A DNA stretch of 64,000 nucleotides from NCBI GenBank assembly GCA_949841595.1, contig CATKZB010000001.1, positions 170,418-234,417 of the forward strand, in the 5' to 3' direction. The stretch's first letter is position 1, and each line of letters starts with the position of its first letter. Below, piece after piece: positions 37,453 through 45,683 of this stretch. Made by a program: the position numbers and the translations under genes. Under the pieces are notes generated by a model. It searched no databases and was not told where the DNA came from. It saw only the letters and a list, made by a program, of their open reading frames with translations. This stretch comes from an uncultured Christensenella sp. (GTDB lineage: Bacteria; Bacillota; Clostridia; Christensenellales; UBA1242).

Positions 37453-38673
37453 TTAAAGAGTTATTGTAATACTTTTTAAAGCAGAACATTCTCCACTTTG
37501 AATTTCTTTATAGTTAAATGTCACTTCTTTGCCTTGTTTCAACTGATAAATATTATCCAAAAGAGTTATTTTGTCTAATATTTCTATTAGACCATCATCA
37601 TAGCTCACAGACACAATAACACTGCCAGCTTTGATAATTTGATCATCATAAGAAAAATCATCAAACAAAAACAAACCCGACATCTCTGAAGTGGAGAAAT
37701 AAGTTATATTTTCGTTATAAGGATGCCACGCATTATTAAAATAGAATTTATCTTGATTGGTTGTGCTTGTTTCTGAACAATCCAAATAATAACTAAGCTC
37801 TATTTGGTCAAAACCAATCAGGTTTTCTTTAATTGGATTTGTGTAATATTTGTCAGCATAATAATTGTTTACCACATCATCAATAAAGTCTTTTGCACCT
37901 TCAGCATTCATAACAAAATAATAACCATATTCAAGTTCTTCTGTTATAGTCAATTCATAAGAAAATCCGAGCAAATTCGCTTGTCTATCAAACACTGCAC
38001 CACCATTGTAAGCAGTTGCATCCATGTCAAGATCAACAACAAAACCATCTTCATGAACAAAATCTATCGCCTTTGTTCCGTCAACTGTTTTTGAAACTCC
38101 CAGTGCATAATCAGCGCCATAAATAGTGCCAATCCAAATCTTTTTGTCAGAAACAGGATTAGAAACCGAAATAACTCGCTCATCTTCCCTTGAAGCAAGA
38201 AAATTTTCATTGACATTTACAAAAGGAATCTTGATTTCTTCCCCTTCTTTTGCAACACTTTCGCACTTTAAAATCGCAAGATTATAATCCTTCTCAGCAA
38301 AAAGCAACTTTCCTGAATAAATCCTTCCTGAAGTTGTAAGAATCTTGATGACAGTGTCTTCTTTACAATCCCTAAATTCACTGTAAGGTGCAACAACGAA
38401 ACCATCTTGCCTTATATTGACACCAACAACACTTTTTTCTTCTTCATCAAAATTTTCGTTCTGAATTTTAAAATTTATTTCGACAGTGGCTTCAGCATAC
38501 ATATCTCCAACTGCCACATCTGAAGAAAATGGCCAAAAGCTCAATTTTAATGAAATGTTATATGGAGAGATGAAATAAAAATAAACCACTGTAAAAAGAT
38601 AGCACAAAATAACTGCTATCACAGTAAACAGTATTATCCAAATGATTTTAGAATTATTTTTTTTCTCTTCCAT
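37453..38673 (-). CDS. Membrane-anchored trypsin-fold (HtrA/S1C-like) protein, probably non-catalytic
   Basis: N-terminal TM helix. GFVVAPYSEF...GRIYSGKLLFAEKDYNLAILK...DATAYNGGAVFDRQANLLGFS aligns by eye with HtrA segments (IVTNNHVV, DLAVLKI, GNSGGAL). His, Asp and Ser are replaced by Ser, Asn and Asn. Confidence 0.55.
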   Translation of the reverse strand: MEEKKNNSKIIWIILFTVIAVILCYLFTVVYFYFISPYNISLKLSFWPFSSDVAVGDMYAEATVEINFKIQNENFDEEEKSVVGVNIRQDGFVVAPYSEFRDCKEDTVIKILTTSGRIYSGKLLFAEKDYNLAILKCESVAKEGEEIKIPFVNVNENFLASREDERVISVSNPVSDKKIWIGTIYGADYALGVSKTVDGTKAIDFVHEDGFVVDLDMDATAYNGGAVFDRQANLLGFSYELTITEELEYGYYFVMNAEGAKDFIDDVVNNYYADKYYTNPIKENLIGFDQIELSYYLDCSETSTTNQDKFYFNNAWHPYNENITYFSTSEMSGLFLFDDFSYDDQIIKAGSVIVSVSYDDGLIEILDKITLLDNIYQLKQGKEVTFNYKEIQSGECSALKSITITL

Positions 38674-38684
38674 AAAAGTCCTTT

Positions 38685-40166
38685 TTAGATGATTTGCAAA
38701 CTCTTTTTAAAAGTTTTCTTGAAATCATCTGAAAGTTTCATGCTTTGGATAATTTCAAAAGATGGGTCAGAGTTGACAATTGTCTTCATAATTATAGAAT
38801 CCCCCAAAATGTCACAAACAATGTCATTAATTACATTTTTTCTTGAAGCATTCAAATTAACAGCCAAACTAACCAAAACACCAAGTTTTCTGATTGCATC
38901 GACATCTTCATCAGACAACAATTCTTTATATTTCATAATTTCTGCCAAATTGAAATTGTCGAGATTTTGACATGTGCATGCCAAAGCTGCAATAAGCAAT
39001 TCTTTTTGAGATGCTCCAGCAATGTTGGAATTTAAAATTGCATAATAACTATGTTTTTGATGATTGTCAAAATTGATAAACTTTCCACAATCAAACATAT
39101 AAGAAGCAATTTTAAGTGACTTAACATACATTCTTGGCAATTTGTGAACAACTTTAAGTTGCTTGAAAAGCAAAATTGCCATGTCATAAACCTGACTGTT
39201 GATTGCAAGCCCCTCTTTTTTAAATTCATAATAATTGTCAAGGCTGTTTTGCAACAAATCAGAATATTTTTCATTGGCAGTGCCCACAAGGTTTGAAAGC
39301 ACAACGCCTTCCAAAACATTTGCAACAGAAACATTTATAGTTGAAATTTTCAAAGCATCATAAATGGCACTTACGATTGCAAGTCCACCATTTAAACTTT
39401 CAGCTCCGTCAGAGCCTAATCCTTTGATTTTTTTGATTTTTTGAGAATCTAAGTCCTTAGCAAATTCAGCAACTTTTCCAACTGAAGAATCTGACAATTC
39501 ATAATTATTGTCAATGTCAAGTGGATATCTTGTCAATTTTTTTGCAACCCGGGCTATGTCGATAAATGAAGGTCCACATCCAATAACCATATCTTCATCA
39601 TATGACTTAACTAATGAAGCTTTTTTAAGTTCTTTCTTAACAGTTGCAACCATATCTATTGTGCTCATTCCAGAATTTGACAAATTGCTGTAACCATAAG
39701 GAATTGTATTATATTCAACAACATTTCTTCTGTTAAACTTCAAAATGTAAGTTGCATAAGAGCCTATGTTTACAATGTAACCCTTTGAAGCGTCAATTTC
39801 AGCCATACAAGACAAATAAACATTGCGAACAACATCTTCGTCAGTTGCAATAAGAAAATTCATGCCTGTGTTTGTGTAAATTTCATCCAAAAATCCACGA
39901 TAATTTCTTGCTTTCACAATAAGACTTGAGCAAACTGCAATCATTTTGCCCACTTTGAAAGTTTCAATCGTATAACGATAAATATTTAAAATTTTAAGCA
40001 AATCATTTTTAGACTTAGGGCTCAACAAACAATCTTTTGTTATGTCGTTTGTAAGATCATAGTCATTTTCAACTTCTTCCAAAATTCTATATCTGCCATT
40101 TCTGCTTTGAACAATCATCAACTTTACCTTTTTCTCATCAAGTTGGATGTATGCAATATTTTCCAT
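38685..40166 (-). CDS. Ppx/GppA-family protein with degenerate nucleotide-binding motifs
   Basis: Colinear by eye with E. coli PPX: AYIQLDEKKVKLMI vs AAVDLGSNSFHMVI; YIVNIGSYATYIL vs LVIDIGGGSTELV; C-terminal NHQKHSYY vs HKHSAY. Confidence 0.6.
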   Translation of the reverse strand: MENIAYIQLDEKKVKLMIVQSRNGRYRILEEVENDYDLTNDITKDCLLSPKSKNDLLKILNIYRYTIETFKVGKMIAVCSSLIVKARNYRGFLDEIYTNTGMNFLIATDEDVVRNVYLSCMAEIDASKGYIVNIGSYATYILKFNRRNVVEYNTIPYGYSNLSNSGMSTIDMVATVKKELKKASLVKSYDEDMVIGCGPSFIDIARVAKKLTRYPLDIDNNYELSDSSVGKVAEFAKDLDSQKIKKIKGLGSDGAESLNGGLAIVSAIYDALKISTINVSVANVLEGVVLSNLVGTANEKYSDLLQNSLDNYYEFKKEGLAINSQVYDMAILLFKQLKVVHKLPRMYVKSLKIASYMFDCGKFINFDNHQKHSYYAILNSNIAGASQKELLIAALACTCQNLDNFNLAEIMKYKELLSDEDVDAIRKLGVLVSLAVNLNASRKNVINDIVCDILGDSIIMKTIVNSDPSFEIIQSMKLSDDFKKTFKKSLQII

Positions 40167-40225
40167 TTTCTTCTCCTTAATGCAAATATTCTAAAAACAA
40201 AAAGATGCTTTTGTGAAAAAAGCTC

Positions 40226-40396
40226 TTATTTATCAAGATCAATAGCTTCCACTGGACAACTTGCTTGACAAGCTCCACAGCGTATACATTTTTTTCTGTC
40301 AATAACTGCCTTTCCGTCAGTACCAAAAGAAATAGCTCCAACTGGACAAATTGCCACGCATGTTCCACAACTTATACATTTGTTTTTGTCAACCAT
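40226..40396 (-). CDS. 2x[4Fe-4S] ferredoxin (56 aa)
   Basis: Own translation: MVDKNKCISCGTCVAICPVGAISFGTDGKAVIDRKKCIRCGACQASCPVEAIDLDK, with two CxxCxxCxxxCP motifs and an AAGGAG SD. Below the 60-aa ORF-track cutoff. The track ORF 40177..40368 is its off-frame shadow. Confidence 0.9.
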   Translation of the reverse strand: MVDKNKCISCGTCVAICPVGAISFGTDGKAVIDRKKCIRCGACQASCPVEAIDLDK

Positions 40397-40451
40397 CTTT
40401 TTCTCCTTATTTTATGTACTAAATAATAACATAAAAATAAGATTTTGTAAA

Positions 40452-40814
40452 CTATTTTTTGAATACTTTTATAAATTCCACAACTGCCAAACAACACAAG
40501 AATCCACCAAAAATCATTTTTAAAATTTTGGAAGGCAAAAATGACATCAAAACTGCTCCCAAAACTGAGAAAATAACTCCAAAAAAAATTATCCAAAAAA
40601 GGTTTTTTGTCACAATATATCCATTGCGATAATGGATGTAAATTGAAAATATTGCCATAACCAAAAAACTTAATAAATTAAGTCCTTGAGAAAGTTTTTG
40701 ATCAAAGCCCAAAAATATAGTCAAAATAGGGATAAGAAGCGTTCCACCTCCCATGCCTAAACCACCGAAAATTCCTGACAAAAAGCCAGCTAGCATATAA
40801 AAAAAATAAATCAT
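40452..40814 (-). CDS. Half-size TauE/SafE (TSUP) family membrane protein
   Basis: 120 aa with about 4 TM helices. LAGFLSGIFGGLGMGGGTLLIPIL is the family N-terminal motif. Start trimmed to ATG 40814, which has a GGGAG SD. Confidence 0.7.
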   Translation of the reverse strand: MIYFFYMLAGFLSGIFGGLGMGGGTLLIPILTIFLGFDQKLSQGLNLLSFLVMAIFSIYIHYRNGYIVTKNLFWIIFFGVIFSVLGAVLMSFLPSKILKMIFGGFLCCLAVVEFIKVFKK

Positions 40815-40884
40815 TGTTTTCTCCCGAAAATTTATTATTATTTTCTTCAAAAAACAAAAAATTATCTAAGAAAAAAATTTATTT

Positions 40885-41118
40885 TTAATATGCTTCATTC
40901 ATCAAAATTTTTAATAAAAATTCTATTAACAAAATTGAATGTTTTTTGACAATTTCCATATAAAAAATTTCCAAATCAAGAAACATATTTCGTTGATCTT
41001 TGCTTAAATTTTGAACAAATTGTTGTTCAAGATTTTCAAATTCTTGTGGCTGTTCAACTTTTTCTTTTGACTCACTTTCTTCAAAAATTTTGTAAAACAT
41101 TTCTGCAACAGTTTTCAC
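40885..41118 (-). CDS. Hypothetical 77-aa helical protein
   Basis: GTG start with AAGGAG 8 nt upstream. No motif recognised. Confidence 0.45.
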   Translation of the reverse strand: MKTVAEMFYKIFEESESKEKVEQPQEFENLEQQFVQNLSKDQRNMFLDLEIFYMEIVKKHSILLIEFLLKILMNEAY

Positions 41119-41161
41119 TTTTTAGTCTCCTTTTTTTCTTTTGTTTTATCGTTAAAAATAA

Positions 41162-41178
41162 AATTTTTTCGACTTAAT
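41162..41178. repeat. 17-bp perfect direct repeat, copy 1 (AATTTTTTCGACTTAAT)
   Basis: Identical to 41262..41278, exactly 100 bp away. Contains a near-0A box (TTCGACT). Confidence 0.85.
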
Positions 41179-41235
41179 TCATCAACACTTCGACAATTTT
41201 CGTCATTTTTTCTCAACAATCTTCAAACATCGTCT

Positions 41236-41263
41236 ATTCTACATAAAAATTTTATCAAGTCAA
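41236..41263 (-). promoter_or_regulatory. Sigma-A-type promoter candidate for the 77-aa gene / TauE-half operon
   Basis: Minus strand reads TTGACT (41263..41258)-16 nt-TAGAAT (41241..41236). It is flanked by TGNCGAA-like heptamers. Confidence 0.45.
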
Positions 41264-41278
41264 TTTTTTCGACTTAAT
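41262..41278. repeat. 17-bp perfect direct repeat, copy 2
   Basis: Identical to 41162..41178. Confidence 0.85.
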
Positions 41279-41335
41279 GTTACATGCATAAAACATTTTT
41301 CGACAAAAAAGGATACAAAACACTGTTTCTTATCT

Positions 41336-41740
41336 TTAAAACAGCAATCTTATGCCACCTGCCAGCATGACAAAAACAAAAATTATTCTGACAATTTTTT
41401 CGGGCAAAAATTTGAGTGCAAATGAGCCTACAATTCCACCCAAAAGCACACCTGTTCCCACAGTTAAAAAAGGAATTGTTTCAAGGTTTCCACTCAAAAG
41501 ATAAATGACTGCACTTATGAAGGAAATTGGAAGAATAACCACGATTGCTGTCGCATGAGAATATTTGTTGGGTAAATGTAGAACCTTTTCTAGTAAAGGA
41601 ACGCAAATCATTCCCCCTCCTCCACCAAAAAAACCATTGATAAATCCAATCAATGCACCACACAGTGCCAAAATAAATTTCTTCTTTGCAGGCAACTTGT
41701 TTTCTTTCTCTTTTTTCTTGGTTGTTTTCTTTGTTTTCAT
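41336..41740 (-). CDS. Half-size TauE/SafE (TSUP) family membrane protein
   Basis: 134 aa with a basic N-terminus, then GALIGFINGFFGGGGGMICVPLL and about 4 TM helices. Confidence 0.7.
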   Translation of the reverse strand: MKTKKTTKKKEKENKLPAKKKFILALCGALIGFINGFFGGGGGMICVPLLEKVLHLPNKYSHATAIVVILPISFISAVIYLLSGNLETIPFLTVGTGVLLGGIVGSFALKFLPEKIVRIIFVFVMLAGGIRLLF

Positions 41741-41772
41741 AATAATATTGTCTTTAAAATTTGAGAAATTAT

Positions 41773-41801
41773 TTGATTATTTATATTAAATGTATTATAA
41801 T
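41773..41801 (+). promoter_or_regulatory. Sigma-A-type promoter candidate for the 1281-aa gene
   Basis: TTGATT-17 nt-TATAAT. The ATG lies 33 nt downstream of the -10 element, with an AAAGGGA SD. Confidence 0.5.
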
Positions 41802-41834
41802 AAGAAAGTTAAATTTATATAAAGGGATTCAGAT

Positions 41835-44800
41835 ATGAAAAAACTTAAAAAATTCAAAAGCAAAATATTGATGTTTATCTTTGCACTTGTGTTGCCTTTG
41901 TCTGCAACTTCAGTAGTTTATACAGTAAGTGAAGTTAAGAATGCAAATGCAGATAATGCTGCATCAAATTATTATTCTGGGTATATGAAAGAAGTTTCAC
42001 TTTCAAACAACAACTTCAATTCTGGTTCTTCAACCTATTCAATCAGCACATCTCTTTCTGGTTGGACTGGCCTTATGAAAGACAGAAAGACCACTGCTGG
42101 AATAATCAACACTGGAAACACCTTTCAAAACTACATGACAGGCACTTATCGCCTTTCAAACAACCCTCTTGCCAAAGCAAACGACAAGAATATTTTGATG
42201 ATAAATTCTAAGACTGCAGATTCAAATGATTATTCAACTGCAAGACAAGGATATAAATCAAATATAGTGAATTTGGAAGCAAATTCATTCTATTCTTTTC
42301 AAGTCTCTTTCAAGAGCGACACAAATTACAATTCTTACACAACTTATGTTCAACACGGAACAGTTGATGAAGATTTAAATTTGACAAAATCAGCTTTTGA
42401 AGAAAAGAAAGATGGAAAAATCAAAAGTTTTGGAGACCATATTTCATTCACATACAAAAGCAAAACTTATTATCTCCACAAAGAACTGATTGATGGTGCA
42501 AACACAACACAAAATCTCACAGATGTATCTTTCTTCTATGAAGATGATGAATATGTTGGTTTGATGTATAATGACTCTCCTGTTTATGTTGCCAAATCAG
42601 ATGTTGAAAAAGTGGAAGTCAATGAAGAAACACAATACAATATAGCTTCTGGCAAAAAAACATACACTTGCAACATTGAGTATGACACAGCAAATTCTAG
42701 ATATAATGTGAAAGCTGGAACAGCTTATTACACAACAAAAACAGAATATTCTTCACTAAACGACTATGTTTTTGGCTCAATTTATTTGTCAGGTCTTAAA
42801 GACAGTGAAGGAAATGCAGTAAAAGCAGATTATGTTCAAGTGACATCAAAAGAATGGGTAACTTTCTATTTCTTTGTTGCAACAGGAAACCAAGCCCAAA
42901 GTGTGACATTGGATCTTTGGCTTGGAACAAACCAAACTGGCCATGACAGCAGTGGCGTTGTGTTCTTTGACGATTGCCATGTTTATCAATACAGCGAAAA
43001 CACTTTCTGGAAAACATACAAATCTTATTTCGGAAAAAATTATACTCAAGAAATAACAACTTCAAGTGGCACAACAACTCAAGTTTTTGATTGCACAAAC
43101 TTGGTTGATCTTAGAAATGCAACAAATATTGAATACCCAACCCACAACTTTGACTTTGAAGAAGGAATCTTCAATAATGATGGTTCTGCTCTTAAAAACT
43201 GGACAAAGAGTGGAAATGGAAATGCTCAAATTTTTGACTCAAGAAATCCTCAAGCTTTTAAAAGCGCAACAGGTGGATATGATTTTGTAGGCTCAAATCT
43301 CTCATGTGAAGTAAACATCAATGGAGAAGCAATATCAATCACCCCAAACAACTATGTCTTAGGTTTATGGTCAAAAAATGGATATGTTAAAGTAAAATCA
43401 AATGCTGTTAGCATAGATGCAAATCAAGTATGCAAAATCAAAGCAACCTACAAAATTTCTGAAATAACCAGTGGAAATGTATATATGTTTGTAGAAGAAA
43501 ATGACAACATTCTGACTTCTTACAACCTTACAAAAGATCAATATACACTTGCAGAAGAAGCTTCAAGCACTGCAGTAACAACAAATGGATCAAGCAGTTT
43601 CTCAAACAGCTATGGAACAATAGAATTCTATGTTAAAGGTGGAAATCTCTATAATTCTTCCGTTAACATCTCACTTGGACTTGGCAAAAGCAATGAAACT
43701 GCAACTGGTTGTGTTGTGTTTGACGATATTACTATAGAAAAAACAGCATCATCAGATTTTGATAATGCATCAAACAAACTTGAACTTGACACATACACAT
43801 CATCCCTTTCAATTGCAAATGGAAACTTTAACAAAGTAACTTCAGAACAAGACAGCACCTATCCTCTTGCCCCTCAAAACTGGAAGATTGAAAAAGGAAC
43901 TGGCTTCACCTTTGGTGGCGTTGTCAACACAGAAGCCAAAGAATATGCAAAATATGTTGAAAAATACAATCAACTAAAAGCTGATAATGTGGATGATTTG
44001 AAAAACAACTATTATTGGGCAAGCTATGCAAATCCAAAAAACAGCTACAACTCTACTTCCGAACCTGACAATGTTATGATGCTTGCAAACATAACAAGTG
44101 CTTGGCAAAAATTGACTTCTGACAATTTCACACTTTCTGCAAACAGCACAAACAAGCTTACATTTAAATATAAAACTTACAACTCAAACAATGGAATTAT
44201 TGCGACCTTGTATAACAAAGATGGCGTAAAACTTTTTGAATCACAAAAACTAAATTCAAATGGACAGTGGAATGATTATGAAATTTATCTCAAATCATTC
44301 TCTGGAGCAAGTGAAGTTTATTTAACAATAGATTACGGCACTGAAACAGACAAAGCTGAAGGTTTTGCTTATTTCGACAATTTTGATATAGAATCAATTG
44401 ATGGAAGCGTCTTTGAAAACAAATCTAGCACTTCTGAAGGAAATGGAGACGCCTTTGCTGTTGTAGATATGTCAGATTTCTATCTAAAATTGCCTACAAA
44501 CAACATCACTAATGACTTAACAACTTCTAATACTCCTGCATTTACTGGAGCTTACGGCAGTGGAAACTCAAGCATTGGTGGTATTATCAAAAGTGAAGGT
44601 CTTGGAGAAATCTTTAAGTTGGATGAAGAAAACAAAAACGTTTTCTACATCACAAATCATGGTGTTGGCTCTTACACACTCCAATCAAATTTCAACTTGG
44701 ATTTGGAAGCAAACAAATACTATGAATTGTCATTCAAACTTAAAACAAATTTCAACTACACAAATGCTGATGTGAGTTTGGATAAAGATAAAACATACAA

Positions 44801-45680
44801 TTATGGTGCAACCTTTGGTTTGACAGGTTTTGATTTTATGAAACAACTTGTAGCAAACGAAGAAACTTATCAGACTTACACAATGTATTTCAACCCTAGT
44901 GAAGCTGCTTCTGCAAAACTCTATTTAGCACTTGTAAGTGACAGCATTGAAACTACAGGTTCTATGGCAATCTATGACATTGCATTTGCTGAAGTTGAAG
45001 AATCAGTTTACACAAGTGCTGTTGAAGCTTGTGCTGCAACAGATTATGACATCAACAAAGACAAAATCATGATTTCAAAAGCTGAAGGCAAAACTGATGA
45101 CGACAACGACGACGATAACAATGGTGACAACACAGACACCACCCCAAGCACAAATGGAGATCTCAATTGGTCAATTTTGATTGCATCAATAATCACTGGC
45201 GCTGCAATTGTAATAGCATTAATTGGCTGGGCAATGAGCAAAGTTAAAATCAAAAAAATAGAAAGAAAGAGAAAAGAATCTTATGACAGAAAAGAAAGCT
45301 TGCATGTTGATGCCATAAAGATCAAAGCAAGAAAACAAAGAGATTCTGACATCGAAGCTGTAAAAACTGACATTGAAAAGTTCCAAAAAGAACTTGACAA
45401 AATGGAAAAAGAACACAAACAAAAAGTGCTTACTCTCAGAGAAAAAGATAAAGGCACAGTTTCAAAAGAAACAGACAGAGAATTTAAGCAATTTGCAAAG
45501 AAGAGAACTGTTATTGCAGAAAAGATTGACTCTTTAAACAAACAAATTGAAGAAATAAATTCACCTGAATATCTTTTGAATCTTGAAAGAAAAATTTTCG
45601 CTCAAGATGAAATGAAACAAAAAGAACTTTCAAAGGTTTCAAAAAAATCTAAAGATGAAAAAGATTCTTCTAAAAAATAA
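41835..45680 (+). CDS. Giant type-I membrane surface protein with CBM_4_9-like jelly-roll repeats and a basic coiled-coil cytoplasmic tail
   Basis: Signal peptide (MKKLKKFKSKILMFIFALVLPLSA). At least four modules open with NxNF(N/E)xG...W and close with hydrophobic-FDD/FDN motifs (VVFFDDCHVYQY, CVVFDDITIEK, FAYFDNFDIESI, MAIYDIAFAEV). These are followed by a D/N-rich linker, the TM WSILIASIITGAAIVIALIGWAM, and a ~150-aa K/E-rich tail. Confidence 0.8.
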   Translation: MKKLKKFKSKILMFIFALVLPLSATSVVYTVSEVKNANADNAASNYYSGYMKEVSLSNNNFNSGSSTYSISTSLSGWTGLMKDRKTTAGIINTGNTFQNYMTGTYRLSNNPLAKANDKNILMINSKTADSNDYSTARQGYKSNIVNLEANSFYSFQVSFKSDTNYNSYTTYVQHGTVDEDLNLTKSAFEEKKDGKIKSFGDHISFTYKSKTYYLHKELIDGANTTQNLTDVSFFYEDDEYVGLMYNDSPVYVAKSDVEKVEVNEETQYNIASGKKTYTCNIEYDTANSRYNVKAGTAYYTTKTEYSSLNDYVFGSIYLSGLKDSEGNAVKADYVQVTSKEWVTFYFFVATGNQAQSVTLDLWLGTNQTGHDSSGVVFFDDCHVYQYSENTFWKTYKSYFGKNYTQEITTSSGTTTQVFDCTNLVDLRNATNIEYPTHNFDFEEGIFNNDGSALKNWTKSGNGNAQIFDSRNPQAFKSATGGYDFVGSNLSCEVNINGEAISITPNNYVLGLWSKNGYVKVKSNAVSIDANQVCKIKATYKISEITSGNVYMFVEENDNILTSYNLTKDQYTLAEEASSTAVTTNGSSSFSNSYGTIEFYVKGGNLYNSSVNISLGLGKSNETATGCVVFDDITIEKTASSDFDNASNKLELDTYTSSLSIANGNFNKVTSEQDSTYPLAPQNWKIEKGTGFTFGGVVNTEAKEYAKYVEKYNQLKADNVDDLKNNYYWASYANPKNSYNSTSEPDNVMMLANITSAWQKLTSDNFTLSANSTNKLTFKYKTYNSNNGIIATLYNKDGVKLFESQKLNSNGQWNDYEIYLKSFSGASEVYLTIDYGTETDKAEGFAYFDNFDIESIDGSVFENKSSTSEGNGDAFAVVDMSDFYLKLPTNNITNDLTTSNTPAFTGAYGSGNSSIGGIIKSEGLGEIFKLDEENKNVFYITNHGVGSYTLQSNFNLDLEANKYYELSFKLKTNFNYTNADVSLDKDKTYNYGATFGLTGFDFMKQLVANEETYQTYTMYFNPSEAASAKLYLALVSDSIETTGSMAIYDIAFAEVEESVYTSAVEACAATDYDINKDKIMISKAEGKTDDDNDDDNNGDNTDTTPSTNGDLNWSILIASIITGAAIVIALIGWAMSKVKIKKIERKRKESYDRKESLHVDAIKIKARKQRDSDIEAVKTDIEKFQKELDKMEKEHKQKVLTLREKDKGTVSKETDREFKQFAKKRTVIAEKIDSLNKQIEEINSPEYLLNLERKIFAQDEMKQKELSKVSKKSKDEKDSSKK

Positions 45681-45683
45681 AAT

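Noticed and set aside
40372-40596. 74-aa minus-strand ORF overlapping the 3' part of the TauE-half gene
   Set aside because: It is an out-of-frame overlap with a motif-supported membrane protein gene and has no SD.
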